DNA from: a virus
Length of the DNA stretch: 64,000 bases
IMG/VR virus record: IMGVR_UViG_3300036719_006047
Span: 72,911 to 136,910 of that record
Direction: 5' to 3' (one strand)
The notes beneath the pieces are model-generated. The model did not search any database and was not told where the DNA came from. It worked only from the letters and a program-made list of their open reading frames with translations. Made by a program: the position numbers and the translations under genes. Shown one piece after another: positions 19,993 through 29,357 of the stretch (within the stretch, counting starts at the first letter, position 1; every line of letters begins with the position of its first letter).

Positions 19993-20371
19993 AGTTTCTC
20001 TGCCTCATGTCCAGTTTAGCTGGCAAGGCGCAACTGCTGGAAGGGAGCTGTTACAGCCTTTGGGCCGTTTGATGGGGAAAAACTACGGGATGTATCCCAT
20101 CACCTCCAAGGGTTACTACATCAACTATCCCGAGTTCGAAGAGATCGAAAAAGGAGAAAGAGAGACCGCGTGGAGGTCTCTTGTCTTGAGAGACAGCAAA
20201 GACAACGGAATACTTGTTTTTCGGTCGCCTGAATTCCAAGAGCGCAGGATTTCTTGGTTGCAGTCAACCGTCAGGCCGTTGGCCCCTGAACTTGCAGACG
20301 AAGAAGAAGTTCGGCAAGCGGACATTGAGGAAATCCTCCGTGTTCAGCACCTTCAATCCACCACCAAGTGA
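19802..20371 (+). CDS. Hypothetical protein
   Basis: 189 aa ORF ending in a GTGA overlap. Confidence 0.6.
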   Translation: MPAKPEIVDLCLFRLCRQISREKEKVTARVLVSHAYFELVGPTSKLRVRFAITPDLQRLAGRVEVSLPHVQFSWQGATAGRELLQPLGRLMGKNYGMYPITSKGYYINYPEFEEIEKGERETAWRSLVLRDSKDNGILVFRSPEFQERRISWLQSTVRPLAPELADEEEVRQADIEEILRVQHLQSTTK

Positions 20372-21069
20372 GATGCACAGAGATGCACTTTTCAAGCGCT
20401 GTTCAGTTGTGGGAGAGTGCTCGGCAGGGTCTTGTCCTTCCCGTCGAGACGATCCAGCAGTATGTGAGTGGCCTGGCTGCGCGTGCTGGCGGTGTTCATC
20501 GCGAGTGTTGGACTCGCTACCTGAAGCTGGCTCGCGCGCTCGATGTGCCGTGGGCAGTTCGTTTGCGGACTGCTCTCGATCGCCGGCTCCCCTGTCCCGG
20601 GGCTTGGTGCGGCCGCCATGAGTTTTACGAGTCGTGGCGTAGCCAGATGGTTGGCTGGTACGAGATGTTCTTGCTCGGCCCCATGAACATCAACAGCGAC
20701 ACCGCTCCTCCTGCAGTGCGAGAAGGTCTTGTCGTGTTCCGCGACAACGTCCTTTCTTGTGCTCAGTTCGACGGTTCTTTGCTGTTGGTGTTCATCGAGA
20801 ACGTCGACAAGGACAACGCCCGAATCACAAGCATCTTCGACATCTCGTTCGACGACACCATCACTGTTGCGTTCGGCAACAACACGGAGATGACAAAGTT
20901 CGAGGACACGCCTGAGCCCGTGCCTGTTGTCCGTGCCCACTTCAAGCTCAAGGACTTCCCCGATATCCTTTGGGGCCAGGCGTACGAGAGTGACAAACCT
21001 GTGCGTGATGACAGTGCGCAAGCACGCGAACTGATCGAGAAACTTGCCCCCAACACCCTGTCCAAGTGA
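20368..21069 (+). CDS. Hypothetical protein
   Basis: 233 aa; overlapped at both ends. Confidence 0.7.
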   Translation: MRCTEMHFSSAVQLWESARQGLVLPVETIQQYVSGLAARAGGVHRECWTRYLKLARALDVPWAVRLRTALDRRLPCPGAWCGRHEFYESWRSQMVGWYEMFLLGPMNINSDTAPPAVREGLVVFRDNVLSCAQFDGSLLLVFIENVDKDNARITSIFDISFDDTITVAFGNNTEMTKFEDTPEPVPVVRAHFKLKDFPDILWGQAYESDKPVRDDSAQARELIEKLAPNTLSK

Positions 21070-21080
21070 GGAACATCAAC

Positions 21081-23501
21081 ATGACCACCATCAAGTCCCT
21101 GACTGAGATCCGCTACACCAAGATCGACCTGTCCGACTTCGGCATCAAGCCCGCAGAGGTGCTGACCCCTGCGCACCACATCGTCGTCGTGGACCGCTCC
21201 GGTTCCATGTACTCCGACATCACTCACGCGCGCGACATGCTCATCCAGACCTTCGCCACCGCCACGGTGCTGAAGCCGCACGTCAAGGTGAGCTTGCTGT
21301 CCTTCTCCTCGGAAGGTGATCTGACGTCGCACTTCGAGAAGGTGCCGGCGACCGACGTCTCGGATCCCAAGTACGTCAGCGCGATCAAGAGCATTCACGC
21401 AACCGCGTTGACGTGCATCTCGCAAGGCATGCTCGCCGCGCTCAAGCTCGTGACGCCGGCAGAGCCGACGGCCATCACCTTGTTGACCGACGGCTACGCC
21501 AACGACCGCTCGCCGTCCACCGAGATCGCGAAGCTCAACGCCTTCGTCGAGGAGGCCCGCATCATCCCCGGCTTGTTCGTCAACTGCATCGGCTTCCGCA
21601 GCTGGTGCGATTGGAACCTGATGCAGAAGATCGCATCGAACTTGGGCGGCAAGTGCGGCGAGGCAAAGACCTTCCTGGACGTGCACAAGGTGCTGTTCGA
21701 GGTCAACACAGCGCTGTCCGGCAACGTCTCGCCCATCATCAGCATCGGGCAGCCGGACGCGGAAGGTACGCTCCTCGCGGTCTGCCTCAAGCCCGAGAAG
21801 GTGGTCATGGCCAAGAAGGGCAAAGAGCTGATCTTGCCTTTCTTCGACACGAGCCTTGGCGACATCGATAAGATCATTCAGGTGTTCAACATCACCCCGA
21901 AAGGCGCTGAGAGCTACAAGAAGGCGGCGAAGTTTACGAACACCCTCAAGGCGGACAACGCGGAAGAAGCTTTCCGGGTTCTCGCGGCCTACGCTTCCGC
22001 CCTCGTCGGTTCGCGTGAGCTGCGTCTGGCCAAGGAGTTGCTGTTCCTGAGCGGCAACAAGTCGCTTTACGAGGAGTACTGCACCGCCATCACGCCGCTC
22101 GACCTCGTCGGAATGCAGATGGCGCTCGAGGAGTGGGCCTACATCGGCAGCACCCACTACACGATGGGCAAGAACATGAAGCCCAAGCTCACGTTGTCGG
22201 ATCTCGAAAAGCTGCTGTCAGCGACGACACCGCATCTGGGTTTCGACTTCGAGATCGATACCGACAAGTTCTGGGAGGTGTACACCCGGCGCAGCACCTC
22301 CCGGGTCGAGGGCACCGTCAACGAGCACGGAGAGCACATCCCGTTGCAGTTTGAGCTGTACGCGACCAACGCGCCTCAGATTCGCGGCTTGTCGATCAAC
22401 ACGAGCGAGGCGACCATTCAGGTGGAGACGGTGTCGCCTGCACTGGTGCGGGACAAGACCAACGGTCAGACGCTGATGAACTGCGAAGGCGTCAGCCTCA
22501 TGAACCTCAAGAGCTACCGCAGCTTCACCCTCATGAGCAGCGGTGCTTGGAACATCCGCTACCTTCCCGTCAAGCCGGTCAACCGTGCCGGCGCCGAGAA
22601 GCTGTGCAGCATGTTCCCTGACGCCAACCGCAAGAGCGTCGATGTCGGTGACAGCTACCTGATCGACCTCAAGAAGTTCAACGCGGTCAATCCCGAGGCG
22701 ACTGCGACCTGGGCTGCGGTGCAGGCCGCAGCTTCCTCGATGGCAGTTTACACGGCCAACATCAAGTTCTACAGCGCGATGCTCAGCAAGGCCGATGCGT
22801 CTCCCTTCTCGGAGAAGCAGGTCAGTGAGCTGAAGCGCTTCTACTTGACGCCGGCCTTGTACTGGTCGCCGCCCACCGTCGAGAAGTACAAGATCAAGGA
22901 TGCCGACGGCGGGGTCGGTCTCGATCACGCCATCAAGACGGGCAAGGTCGACATGTACACCCGGTTCTCGGTGTCGTTCGGCACGAACAAGATCCTCACC
23001 AAGGACGAGTTCCCGAGCGCCAACGAGTTCCTGGCCAAGTTCTACTTCGTCACCGAGGCCGGAGGCGCCAAGATCGCCAAGCCCAAGGTGCAAGACCTCC
23101 TGCAAGGAGGGAAGTTCGAGCTCAAGCCCTTCGCAGAGAACCGCATGAGCCATGCGCACAAGCTGATGAAGGCCGTTCTCGAGAACATCGACTTCGGCAA
23201 GATCAAGCAGTCCGAGATCGCCACGAAGCTCAAGGGGTTCGAGGCCGACCGGGAACGGGCCTACAGCGAGCTTCAAGGCATCACGCTCTACATCGGCTGC
23301 CTCGGCATGCTGCCCGAAGAGCTGGAAGCCGAAGGCGTCGTCGCTCTCACTGGAGAGGAGCTGGAGCAGAAGACGGGCGGGAAGCTCTCGAAAGATGAGC
23401 GGAACGGGATGTTCTTCATGCTCAGCAACGGACACGAACAGGACGGGGGAGAGTACGGGATCATCGGAGTCACCCCCAGCAACGCGTACTTCTCCCGATA
23501 G
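21081..23501 (+). CDS. Large von Willebrand A (MIDAS) domain protein
   Basis: VVVVDRSGSM, conserved T and LLTDG MIDAS motifs; about 600 aa unannotated C-terminus; SD GAGGA. Confidence 0.85.
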   Translation: MTTIKSLTEIRYTKIDLSDFGIKPAEVLTPAHHIVVVDRSGSMYSDITHARDMLIQTFATATVLKPHVKVSLLSFSSEGDLTSHFEKVPATDVSDPKYVSAIKSIHATALTCISQGMLAALKLVTPAEPTAITLLTDGYANDRSPSTEIAKLNAFVEEARIIPGLFVNCIGFRSWCDWNLMQKIASNLGGKCGEAKTFLDVHKVLFEVNTALSGNVSPIISIGQPDAEGTLLAVCLKPEKVVMAKKGKELILPFFDTSLGDIDKIIQVFNITPKGAESYKKAAKFTNTLKADNAEEAFRVLAAYASALVGSRELRLAKELLFLSGNKSLYEEYCTAITPLDLVGMQMALEEWAYIGSTHYTMGKNMKPKLTLSDLEKLLSATTPHLGFDFEIDTDKFWEVYTRRSTSRVEGTVNEHGEHIPLQFELYATNAPQIRGLSINTSEATIQVETVSPALVRDKTNGQTLMNCEGVSLMNLKSYRSFTLMSSGAWNIRYLPVKPVNRAGAEKLCSMFPDANRKSVDVGDSYLIDLKKFNAVNPEATATWAAVQAAASSMAVYTANIKFYSAMLSKADASPFSEKQVSELKRFYLTPALYWSPPTVEKYKIKDADGGVGLDHAIKTGKVDMYTRFSVSFGTNKILTKDEFPSANEFLAKFYFVTEAGGAKIAKPKVQDLLQGGKFELKPFAENRMSHAHKLMKAVLENIDFGKIKQSEIATKLKGFEADRERAYSELQGITLYIGCLGMLPEELEAEGVVALTGEELEQKTGGKLSKDERNGMFFMLSNGHEQDGGEYGIIGVTPSNAYFSR

Positions 23502-23590
23502 GCGTAAGTGTTAATCGATATTGGTTAACACCTACCAAAATAGTACAACTACGTAGTCAACTTTGCTCCGAAAAGTGACTTAGCGGGCGG

Positions 23591-23621
23591 GCTACGACGT
23601 GCATCAGCGGCACGTCGTAGC
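23591..23621 (+). terminator. Perfect 12 bp hairpin downstream of the vWA gene
   Basis: GCTACGACGTGC-ATCAGCG-GCACGTCGTAGC; no canonical U-tract. Confidence 0.55.
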
Positions 23622-23661
23622 TAAACCGCGAACGTCAGATTTTTAGAAAAGTTGCGATAAC

Positions 23662-24057
23662 GTATAATAGGATAAACAAACACAGTTATCGCGTGCACAT
23701 CGGTCAGAGAAACAAGGACCTCAGACACCCCACACGGGCCCTCGAACCACCAAACAGGACCCTCCTTCCCCTTGACGGACCTTGACTCTCTCACTACGAC
23801 AGAACTCGCAGGAACCTCTCCCGACAGACTCCCTTCACCAGGGCTATCTCGACGGAATTCAAGCTCTTTGACACTCCAAAACCTGCACCAGCAGCCCCAT
23901 CATGCATGAGTATAAGACGAATGCAGGGTGGGGCGCTTTTGTTTTCACAAACGAATATGAAAGTCGTTTTCAGTTGCTTCTTGAATTACTGTTGGAGGGA
24001 TACTGATTTCTCTGACCGACGTGCACGCGATAACTGTGTTCTGTTAATCGATTATAC
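23662..24057. repeat. Long inverted repeat (34 bp core, 33/34 match; 51 bp with 7 mismatches) enclosing about 295 nt
   Basis: 23679-23712 is the reverse complement of 24007-24040 except for one base; each arm starts with GTATAAT. Confidence 0.92.
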
Positions 24058-24288
24058 ATTAACGGGACTGAGAGCAGCCGTTTATCGGGACTGCGAAGAG
24101 AGCTGTGTCGCCGAAGTTGTCGGCAGCGAGCACAACGCAGAGAAGAGCTGTCGCTGGGAAGGAAATAACGAGATGGGCGGGAAACGCACTTTTCGAGGCC
24201 AATTTTCGTAAGTGTTAATGGCTATATGGGTATTACTTACCCGAGTAGGTCGTGTGCCACACGATAGCTCTCACGAAGAGGAGGGTGT

Positions 24289-24720
24289 ATGTACTTCAAC
24301 TACAACGTGGCTCCGGGAAGAATAACGATCGTGAAATGGTCGAGTGAATACTTGATCGGCTTCTCGGTTGTGTTCGCGCCGAACGAGAACAACGAGATCG
24401 TGTCGGACAAGGTCATCATTCAGGCAAAGCAAGAGTTGTACGGTTGGTGCGTGAATGGCTCGATGGTAAGCTACTGTGGGCTACACAATGTCACCAACCC
24501 GATAATGCTGGATGGGATGAACGCCCTGTCTCTGCCCAAAATCAAGAAACTCCAAAAGTTGTTTGAGCCCTCATTCCAAGGAGAGCGCTTCGTATTCATC
24601 GCGGAGTGCGGATTGCACAGCGAGCCAGAGTTGTTGTTCCAGTGTGAGATGAAGCCTCTCGTAATACAGAGGGGCATGTACAACGTAGAAAGACCAGTGA
24701 CTCCATTCAAGCCGAAGTGA
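24289..24720 (+). CDS. Hypothetical protein, first gene of the paralogue operon
   Basis: SD GAGGAGG; 143 aa. Confidence 0.75.
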   Translation: MYFNYNVAPGRITIVKWSSEYLIGFSVVFAPNENNEIVSDKVIIQAKQELYGWCVNGSMVSYCGLHNVTNPIMLDGMNALSLPKIKKLQKLFEPSFQGERFVFIAECGLHSEPELLFQCEMKPLVIQRGMYNVERPVTPFKPK

Positions 24721-24729
24721 GGGAATGCG

Positions 24730-25596
24730 ATGAGCAAGCACGTAGAGCACAAAATTCAGGTAGTCGAGTCGACTTACTACGCTCGCGGGGTGACGTTGTC
24801 GTTCACGACTGAGCTGTGGCGAAACGAGAGCAAATTCGATTCCGAGCATCTGCTCGAATTGTTCTCAAAAATAATCAGCATCGTCGTGAGAGAGCGCACC
24901 GAAGAAATGAACGACATCCAGCCCAGGCTGGGATGGCGCGCAAAGAGGTTGCGCTTCTGCTTGGATTTTGGGTGCAGCACAGGGCAAATCTACAAGTTCA
25001 ACTCGCTGGCGAAAGACATTCACACAATACACTCAGAGGAAGAAAGCAAAGCCGAAGAGGAGAGGTTGATTTTCATCCCAGGGAACCTGCCCGACGTGAT
25101 GAAGAACATGTCCGCAGGAGAGCTCATAGCGCACTCCATTGAATCGGTCGATGCGGTAGAAATCAGCGTCGACACTTTGCTCGATAAGTCGTTATACGCA
25201 GTCATCTACAATGCGACCGAGCTCAGCAAGTACCGGTCAAGTTCGATTTTGTCGAGCAAAGAAAGCATAGTCGAGGAAGTGAAAGCGGTCAGGTCCAAGA
25301 TCAAAGTCTACCAAGAGAGGCAGCGCCTCAACGCTTTCCGCGCTCCTGAGAAGATTAAGGTAGAGATAAGAAACAAGCTGAGATCGCTGACGAACAAGGC
25401 CGGGGGCACTTTCTACTACGCAGAGCACAACGCAAACGACATCAAAGTGAGACTGAAGCTGGTCGAAGAAATGCTCGAGAAGAGCGGCGTCAGCGAGGAG
25501 ATGAAGAGCAATGTGCAGGCTGCTTTGAAGCGCATAGAAGCAGTTCGCGCAGAGCTGAAGGCAGTCAAAGAACTTGTCGAGAAGGAGCTGCTGTGA
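24730..25596 (+). CDS. Paralogue family member 1 (WRN-motif, C-terminal coiled coil)
   Basis: LWRNESKFDSEHLL; SAGELIAHS. Confidence 0.8.
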   Translation: MSKHVEHKIQVVESTYYARGVTLSFTTELWRNESKFDSEHLLELFSKIISIVVRERTEEMNDIQPRLGWRAKRLRFCLDFGCSTGQIYKFNSLAKDIHTIHSEEESKAEEERLIFIPGNLPDVMKNMSAGELIAHSIESVDAVEISVDTLLDKSLYAVIYNATELSKYRSSSILSSKESIVEEVKAVRSKIKVYQERQRLNAFRAPEKIKVEIRNKLRSLTNKAGGTFYYAEHNANDIKVRLKLVEEMLEKSGVSEEMKSNVQAALKRIEAVRAELKAVKELVEKELL

Positions 25597-26501
25597 CTGA
25601 AAGGGCTGACACAACCATAGTTTCGAGAAGCTTCACGATAGGCAGGCCACAAAATACAAGAACAATTTGTTTCGAGGTGTGGCGAAACAGGAGCCTTTTC
25701 GACAGCGAGGACCTGCTGAGCATCCTTTGCGGGTACTACAGCAAGTTGCTGAACTGCACGTTCGACGCTGATTTCGACCCAGAAGGCGAAGCTGCTTTCC
25801 TGGCAGGCATGCCAGAAAAAGTAGTTGTAGGCGTAGTAGCGGACTGTGTGGCCAACAACCATGCAGGCATAATTGTAATCCGGTTTGGCGAACTCACTGA
25901 GGCCGTTGTAGCGGAGAGACAGCTGGTAGAAAAGTCGACAAAAATGTTCTTCTTGAGAGTTTCGCTGCCCGACCCTCGAACTTCCCTTTCCGCGAGCGAG
26001 CTGTTCGCTGCTTCCACAGAAGAGAACGAAAGTCTGGTACTCAGCTTGAAGCAGCTCGGGATAAAAAGTCTACTCGATGCGTCTTCTGTCAGCGTGACGA
26101 CGAGCATGCTGAACAAGACGTTCTTCTACCGATCAGAACTGAAAGAGAAGTTTACTCTGGTTGCGGAAGCTCTTCAGAAAGAAATACCTACCGTTGTCGT
26201 CCACGCCAAAAAGAGGAACGTAGATGCGTTCTGCAGTGCGAGCACGAAGAGCTCGATCGCAGAGAACAGGTGCAGGCAGCTGTGGGAGTCTTCAGGGCCT
26301 CTCATGAAAGCATCGCAAGCGATCAAGAATGCTGAATTTATGTGTCTCGAAACGCAGCGACTCGCAGAAAGAGCGATGGACGCAGGGTCGAGCTCAGACG
26401 CGGTCCACAAAGTGAAGCGAATATCGAGTGAGTTAGCAGAAATCCAAAAAAGAATAGACGAAATCATCAGCGAGGCAGAGAAAATCGAATGGCAATCGTG
26501 A
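25593..26501 (+). CDS. Paralogue family member 2
   Basis: VWRNRSLFDSEDLL; SASELFAAS. Confidence 0.8.
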   Translation: MTERADTTIVSRSFTIGRPQNTRTICFEVWRNRSLFDSEDLLSILCGYYSKLLNCTFDADFDPEGEAAFLAGMPEKVVVGVVADCVANNHAGIIVIRFGELTEAVVAERQLVEKSTKMFFLRVSLPDPRTSLSASELFAASTEENESLVLSLKQLGIKSLLDASSVSVTTSMLNKTFFYRSELKEKFTLVAEALQKEIPTVVVHAKKRNVDAFCSASTKSSIAENRCRQLWESSGPLMKASQAIKNAEFMCLETQRLAERAMDAGSSSDAVHKVKRISSELAEIQKRIDEIISEAEKIEWQS

Positions 26502-27457
26502 CAGCGAAGCAGCCTCTAGTGAGCGAGATTCGCTCGCTCCGAGAAGCAGGAGGCACAGGAAAAAAGATCAAGGTCAGCGTGTGGCGCAACACCACGATCT
26601 TTGACGCAGGCGATGTTGCTCGCCTTTGCGCGGCTGTGTCGATCTGTACACAAGAAAGCAATTACTTCATCCAAGAAGAGCCGCAAGAGTACAAGTTCGT
26701 CTTGCTCAACAAGAAGCAGGAGAGATTCTTTGCGGTGAGTGCCTTGCAAAACGTATCGCTAGCAAAAGTAGCTGCTTGCCCTGACATGACCTTAGAGTGG
26801 TGGTCCTCGCCTCCGGGAACCACAGGCAGTAAAGTGATCTACGCGTCGAATCAGCTGGCTCAGTCGTCTGCAGCAGAGATCGTTAGCCGAGAACTCGACT
26901 GCTCAGACCCGAAAAGGCCCTTGTTCAAGCTCACGCGAGAAGAGGTGGCTTGCGTTGTGGGAACGATGTATTACGACATTATTTCTGCCTTCGATTATCG
27001 GGAAATCAAAGACTGGCCCATCAGCAGCATAGCGAAAAAGGCATCTCCAATCCGGGAACTGTTCGGGAGAATGCGGCAAAGCGAAAAAGAGATCAACCCG
27101 AACCACCCCGTCATCGCGGGCGTGATCGATCAGATCGAGGAAATGCTGCATCCGCACCCGCTACAGCTGAGATTCGCGAAGAAGCCATTCTCTTTCAGCG
27201 TGTCCCCCGAGAGAGAAAAGCTCCAATTGCTGGAAACGAAGCTGGACAACAGGCGCTGTCGAATCATGACAGCACAAAGAAAGTTGGTTCGACTGATGAG
27301 CAGCAAAAAAGCATTCATTAGCGAACCCTGGGCGTCAGAGGGGTACGATGAAGTGTTGAAGAAGATCGAGCAGTCGTATGAACTGCTACGTGCAGCAGAG
27401 CATGAAATCAGGCTAATGACCGAAAAAGCATTCACCAAGAGGCTTGAAATCAAATGA
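26489..27457 (+). CDS. Paralogue family member 3
   Basis: VWRNTTIFDAGDVA; SAAEIVSR; LRFAKKPFSFSVSPERE. Confidence 0.8.
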   Translation: MAIVTAKQPLVSEIRSLREAGGTGKKIKVSVWRNTTIFDAGDVARLCAAVSICTQESNYFIQEEPQEYKFVLLNKKQERFFAVSALQNVSLAKVAACPDMTLEWWSSPPGTTGSKVIYASNQLAQSSAAEIVSRELDCSDPKRPLFKLTREEVACVVGTMYYDIISAFDYREIKDWPISSIAKKASPIRELFGRMRQSEKEINPNHPVIAGVIDQIEEMLHPHPLQLRFAKKPFSFSVSPEREKLQLLETKLDNRRCRIMTAQRKLVRLMSSKKAFISEPWASEGYDEVLKKIEQSYELLRAAEHEIRLMTEKAFTKRLEIK

Positions 27458-28419
27458 GCTACACTCCGAAAGACCCTGTCGTTGCTCCCATCCGTGTGGA
27501 GTTCACTCCCGGCCCGTCCTTCAGCGCGAAACCCAGAAAACAAGTGGGCTTCTTGTGGAAGAACACGTCGATTTTCCACAGCGAAGATCTGTTGCGTTTG
27601 TTGCTCATCGTAGGCGCGATCACAGATGAAGACTCTCACTACGAGAATCCGAAAGAAGAAAAACACTTCGTCTTTAGTACCGACACCAGCGCAAACTGGG
27701 TCAACATCGAGCGGCCTTGGCGCAGGAGTGAGCACATGTACGACGTGTCTCCTGTGATGAAAGAATTGTTGACGGAACAACGCTCAAGCAGCTACTACTG
27801 CAAGATCGTGATTGCCACCAATCACCCGGCCAAAGAGACCAGCGCGGAGCTCTTCTCCCGAACCATCGACAACAGCGACGGCAAGTCTTACTTCCTCCTT
27901 CGCGACGAAGAAGTGATCGAATTGGCCGTTTCTGTCGTTAACTCCATGTACAACAGGGCGTCTGCCGAACTGCAAGCTATTTTCCGGGAGACGTTCTTCG
28001 GAGGCGTAGACATCAACAGCTTCCACAGCAGAAAATACACTGTGCAGTCTGCGCGAGAGACGTGCGCAAAAAGAGTCGAAGAATTCATTCGCATGGCCTG
28101 CGATGACAAGATCCCGAAGATCAGGTTCAGCAACAAGCAGCTCTTCTTCAGCACTTCCCCCGACAGAGAGCGGCTCGGTGAGATGCAAAGAGCCTTCAAG
28201 ACGAAGGCGTACGATGTGAGAGCTGTGCGAAAAAAGTTGCTCAGCATCAAGAAGGTGTCAGAAAAGCAGCTCAAGATTGAGTTTGCAAAGGAAGCGAACG
28301 AAGCGGCAAGACAGCACTTGATCAAGGCGGCGGAAGAGTTGATGAAAGCGGAACAAGCGATGCAGCATGCGATTGACGAAGCTGCGAAGAACTACGACAG
28401 GATCTCGGAGGTCAAGTGA
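27454..28419 (+). CDS. Paralogue family member 4
   Basis: LWKNTSIFHSEDLL; SAELFSR; IRFSNKQLFFSTSPDRE. Confidence 0.8.
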   Translation: MSYTPKDPVVAPIRVEFTPGPSFSAKPRKQVGFLWKNTSIFHSEDLLRLLLIVGAITDEDSHYENPKEEKHFVFSTDTSANWVNIERPWRRSEHMYDVSPVMKELLTEQRSSSYYCKIVIATNHPAKETSAELFSRTIDNSDGKSYFLLRDEEVIELAVSVVNSMYNRASAELQAIFRETFFGGVDINSFHSRKYTVQSARETCAKRVEEFIRMACDDKIPKIRFSNKQLFFSTSPDRERLGEMQRAFKTKAYDVRAVRKKLLSIKKVSEKQLKIEFAKEANEAARQHLIKAAEELMKAEQAMQHAIDEAAKNYDRISEVK

Positions 28420-29357
28420 AGAAAACTAACCCACAATCAGCAGAGCACAAAGGCCACACAGCTTTCGTCTGGAAGAACAACTCCAACCTGTACGGGCCCG
28501 ACTTGGCGCGGTTCGTGTTAGGCGTCATGTCTGTGTCGAATGAGCGCAAGTGCAGAGAGAGCGAAGAGGACAAGGAAGTTCACTTGATCTTGTTGTCCTC
28601 GAAGAGGCTAAACAAGGTTCAAACCGTTGGCAGTTACAGCCCTCTGCTGACGAAAAAGATGGTCGCAAGCTGCCCCAACATGCTGTACATGCTTGAGGGG
28701 GCGGGTCAGTTGCACTTCAATCACAGGATCTTCCACGTTCCCGACAGGTACTCAGAAGAATCGCACTCACAGAAAATCACGAGAAGGATGAGCAAAGAAG
28801 GCAAGTTAGACCTCTTCAGCCTCAACGGAGAGGAAATCGTCGACATAGCCATAGCGGTATTGAAGTACAGTTGGAACAGCTTGCCGTATGAAGGCACAAA
28901 AGAATTTTGCGATACTCTTGGCGTAGCGGCAGACGTGATGGCTCGCCTTCTGAACATCTCATGCCTCGAAACGTACTTTTACGACAGAGAGGTAGTTGAG
29001 TTCAGGCAGAATCTGGGAGACAAACTCCTCGCAGAGTTCAATGTCACGCGCATCGAAGACATCAACCTCCGCTTCAGGTACCGCAAGTTCAGCTTCCACA
29101 CTTGCAGAGACAGGGAAAGAATCAAGGAAGAGAACCAAGTACTGCTCAAAGACTGGCAAAATTTGAAGCAGAGTGCGAAGTACATCAAAATCTGCATCGA
29201 AAGGAAGCTCAGCGCTTTTGCAGGAGCGGCTGCGATCGAGGAATTTGAAGCGTCAAAGCCATTGCTACAAGAAGCTTTGCTCAATCTCCACAAGGCTATG
29301 CAGGCCTACGAACTCACCAACAACAAACTCCGGGATGCCTACGATGCGACTCTCTGA
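28416..29357 (+). CDS. Paralogue family member 5
   Basis: VWKNNSNLYGPDLA; LRFRYRKFSFHTCRDRE. Confidence 0.8.
   Translation: MKKTNPQSAEHKGHTAFVWKNNSNLYGPDLARFVLGVMSVSNERKCRESEEDKEVHLILLSSKRLNKVQTVGSYSPLLTKKMVASCPNMLYMLEGAGQLHFNHRIFHVPDRYSEESHSQKITRRMSKEGKLDLFSLNGEEIVDIAIAVLKYSWNSLPYEGTKEFCDTLGVAADVMARLLNISCLETYFYDREVVEFRQNLGDKLLAEFNVTRIEDINLRFRYRKFSFHTCRDRERIKEENQVLLKDWQNLKQSAKYIKICIERKLSAFAGAAAIEEFEASKPLLQEALLNLHKAMQAYELTNNKLRDAYDATL

Larger units (their letters stand above)
23503..24219. repeat. Direct repeat CGTAAGTGTTAAT (23503-23515, 24207-24219) and TGTTAATCGAT (23509, 24042)
   Basis: Exact matches read from the sequence; associated with GTTAAT-N8/9-(A/G)TTAAC palindromes. Confidence 0.75.

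Noticed and set aside
20763-23435. 464 aa and 405 aa minus-strand ORFs
   Set aside because: Antisense shadows of the codon-biased vWA gene
23662-24057. Firm call as a MITE or retron
   Set aside because: No target-site duplication and no cognate transposase or reverse transcriptase in the window; kept only as hypotheses
23906-24211. 101 aa ORF in the intergenic region
   Set aside because: No SD, crosses the inverted-repeat arm, and has no protein-like features
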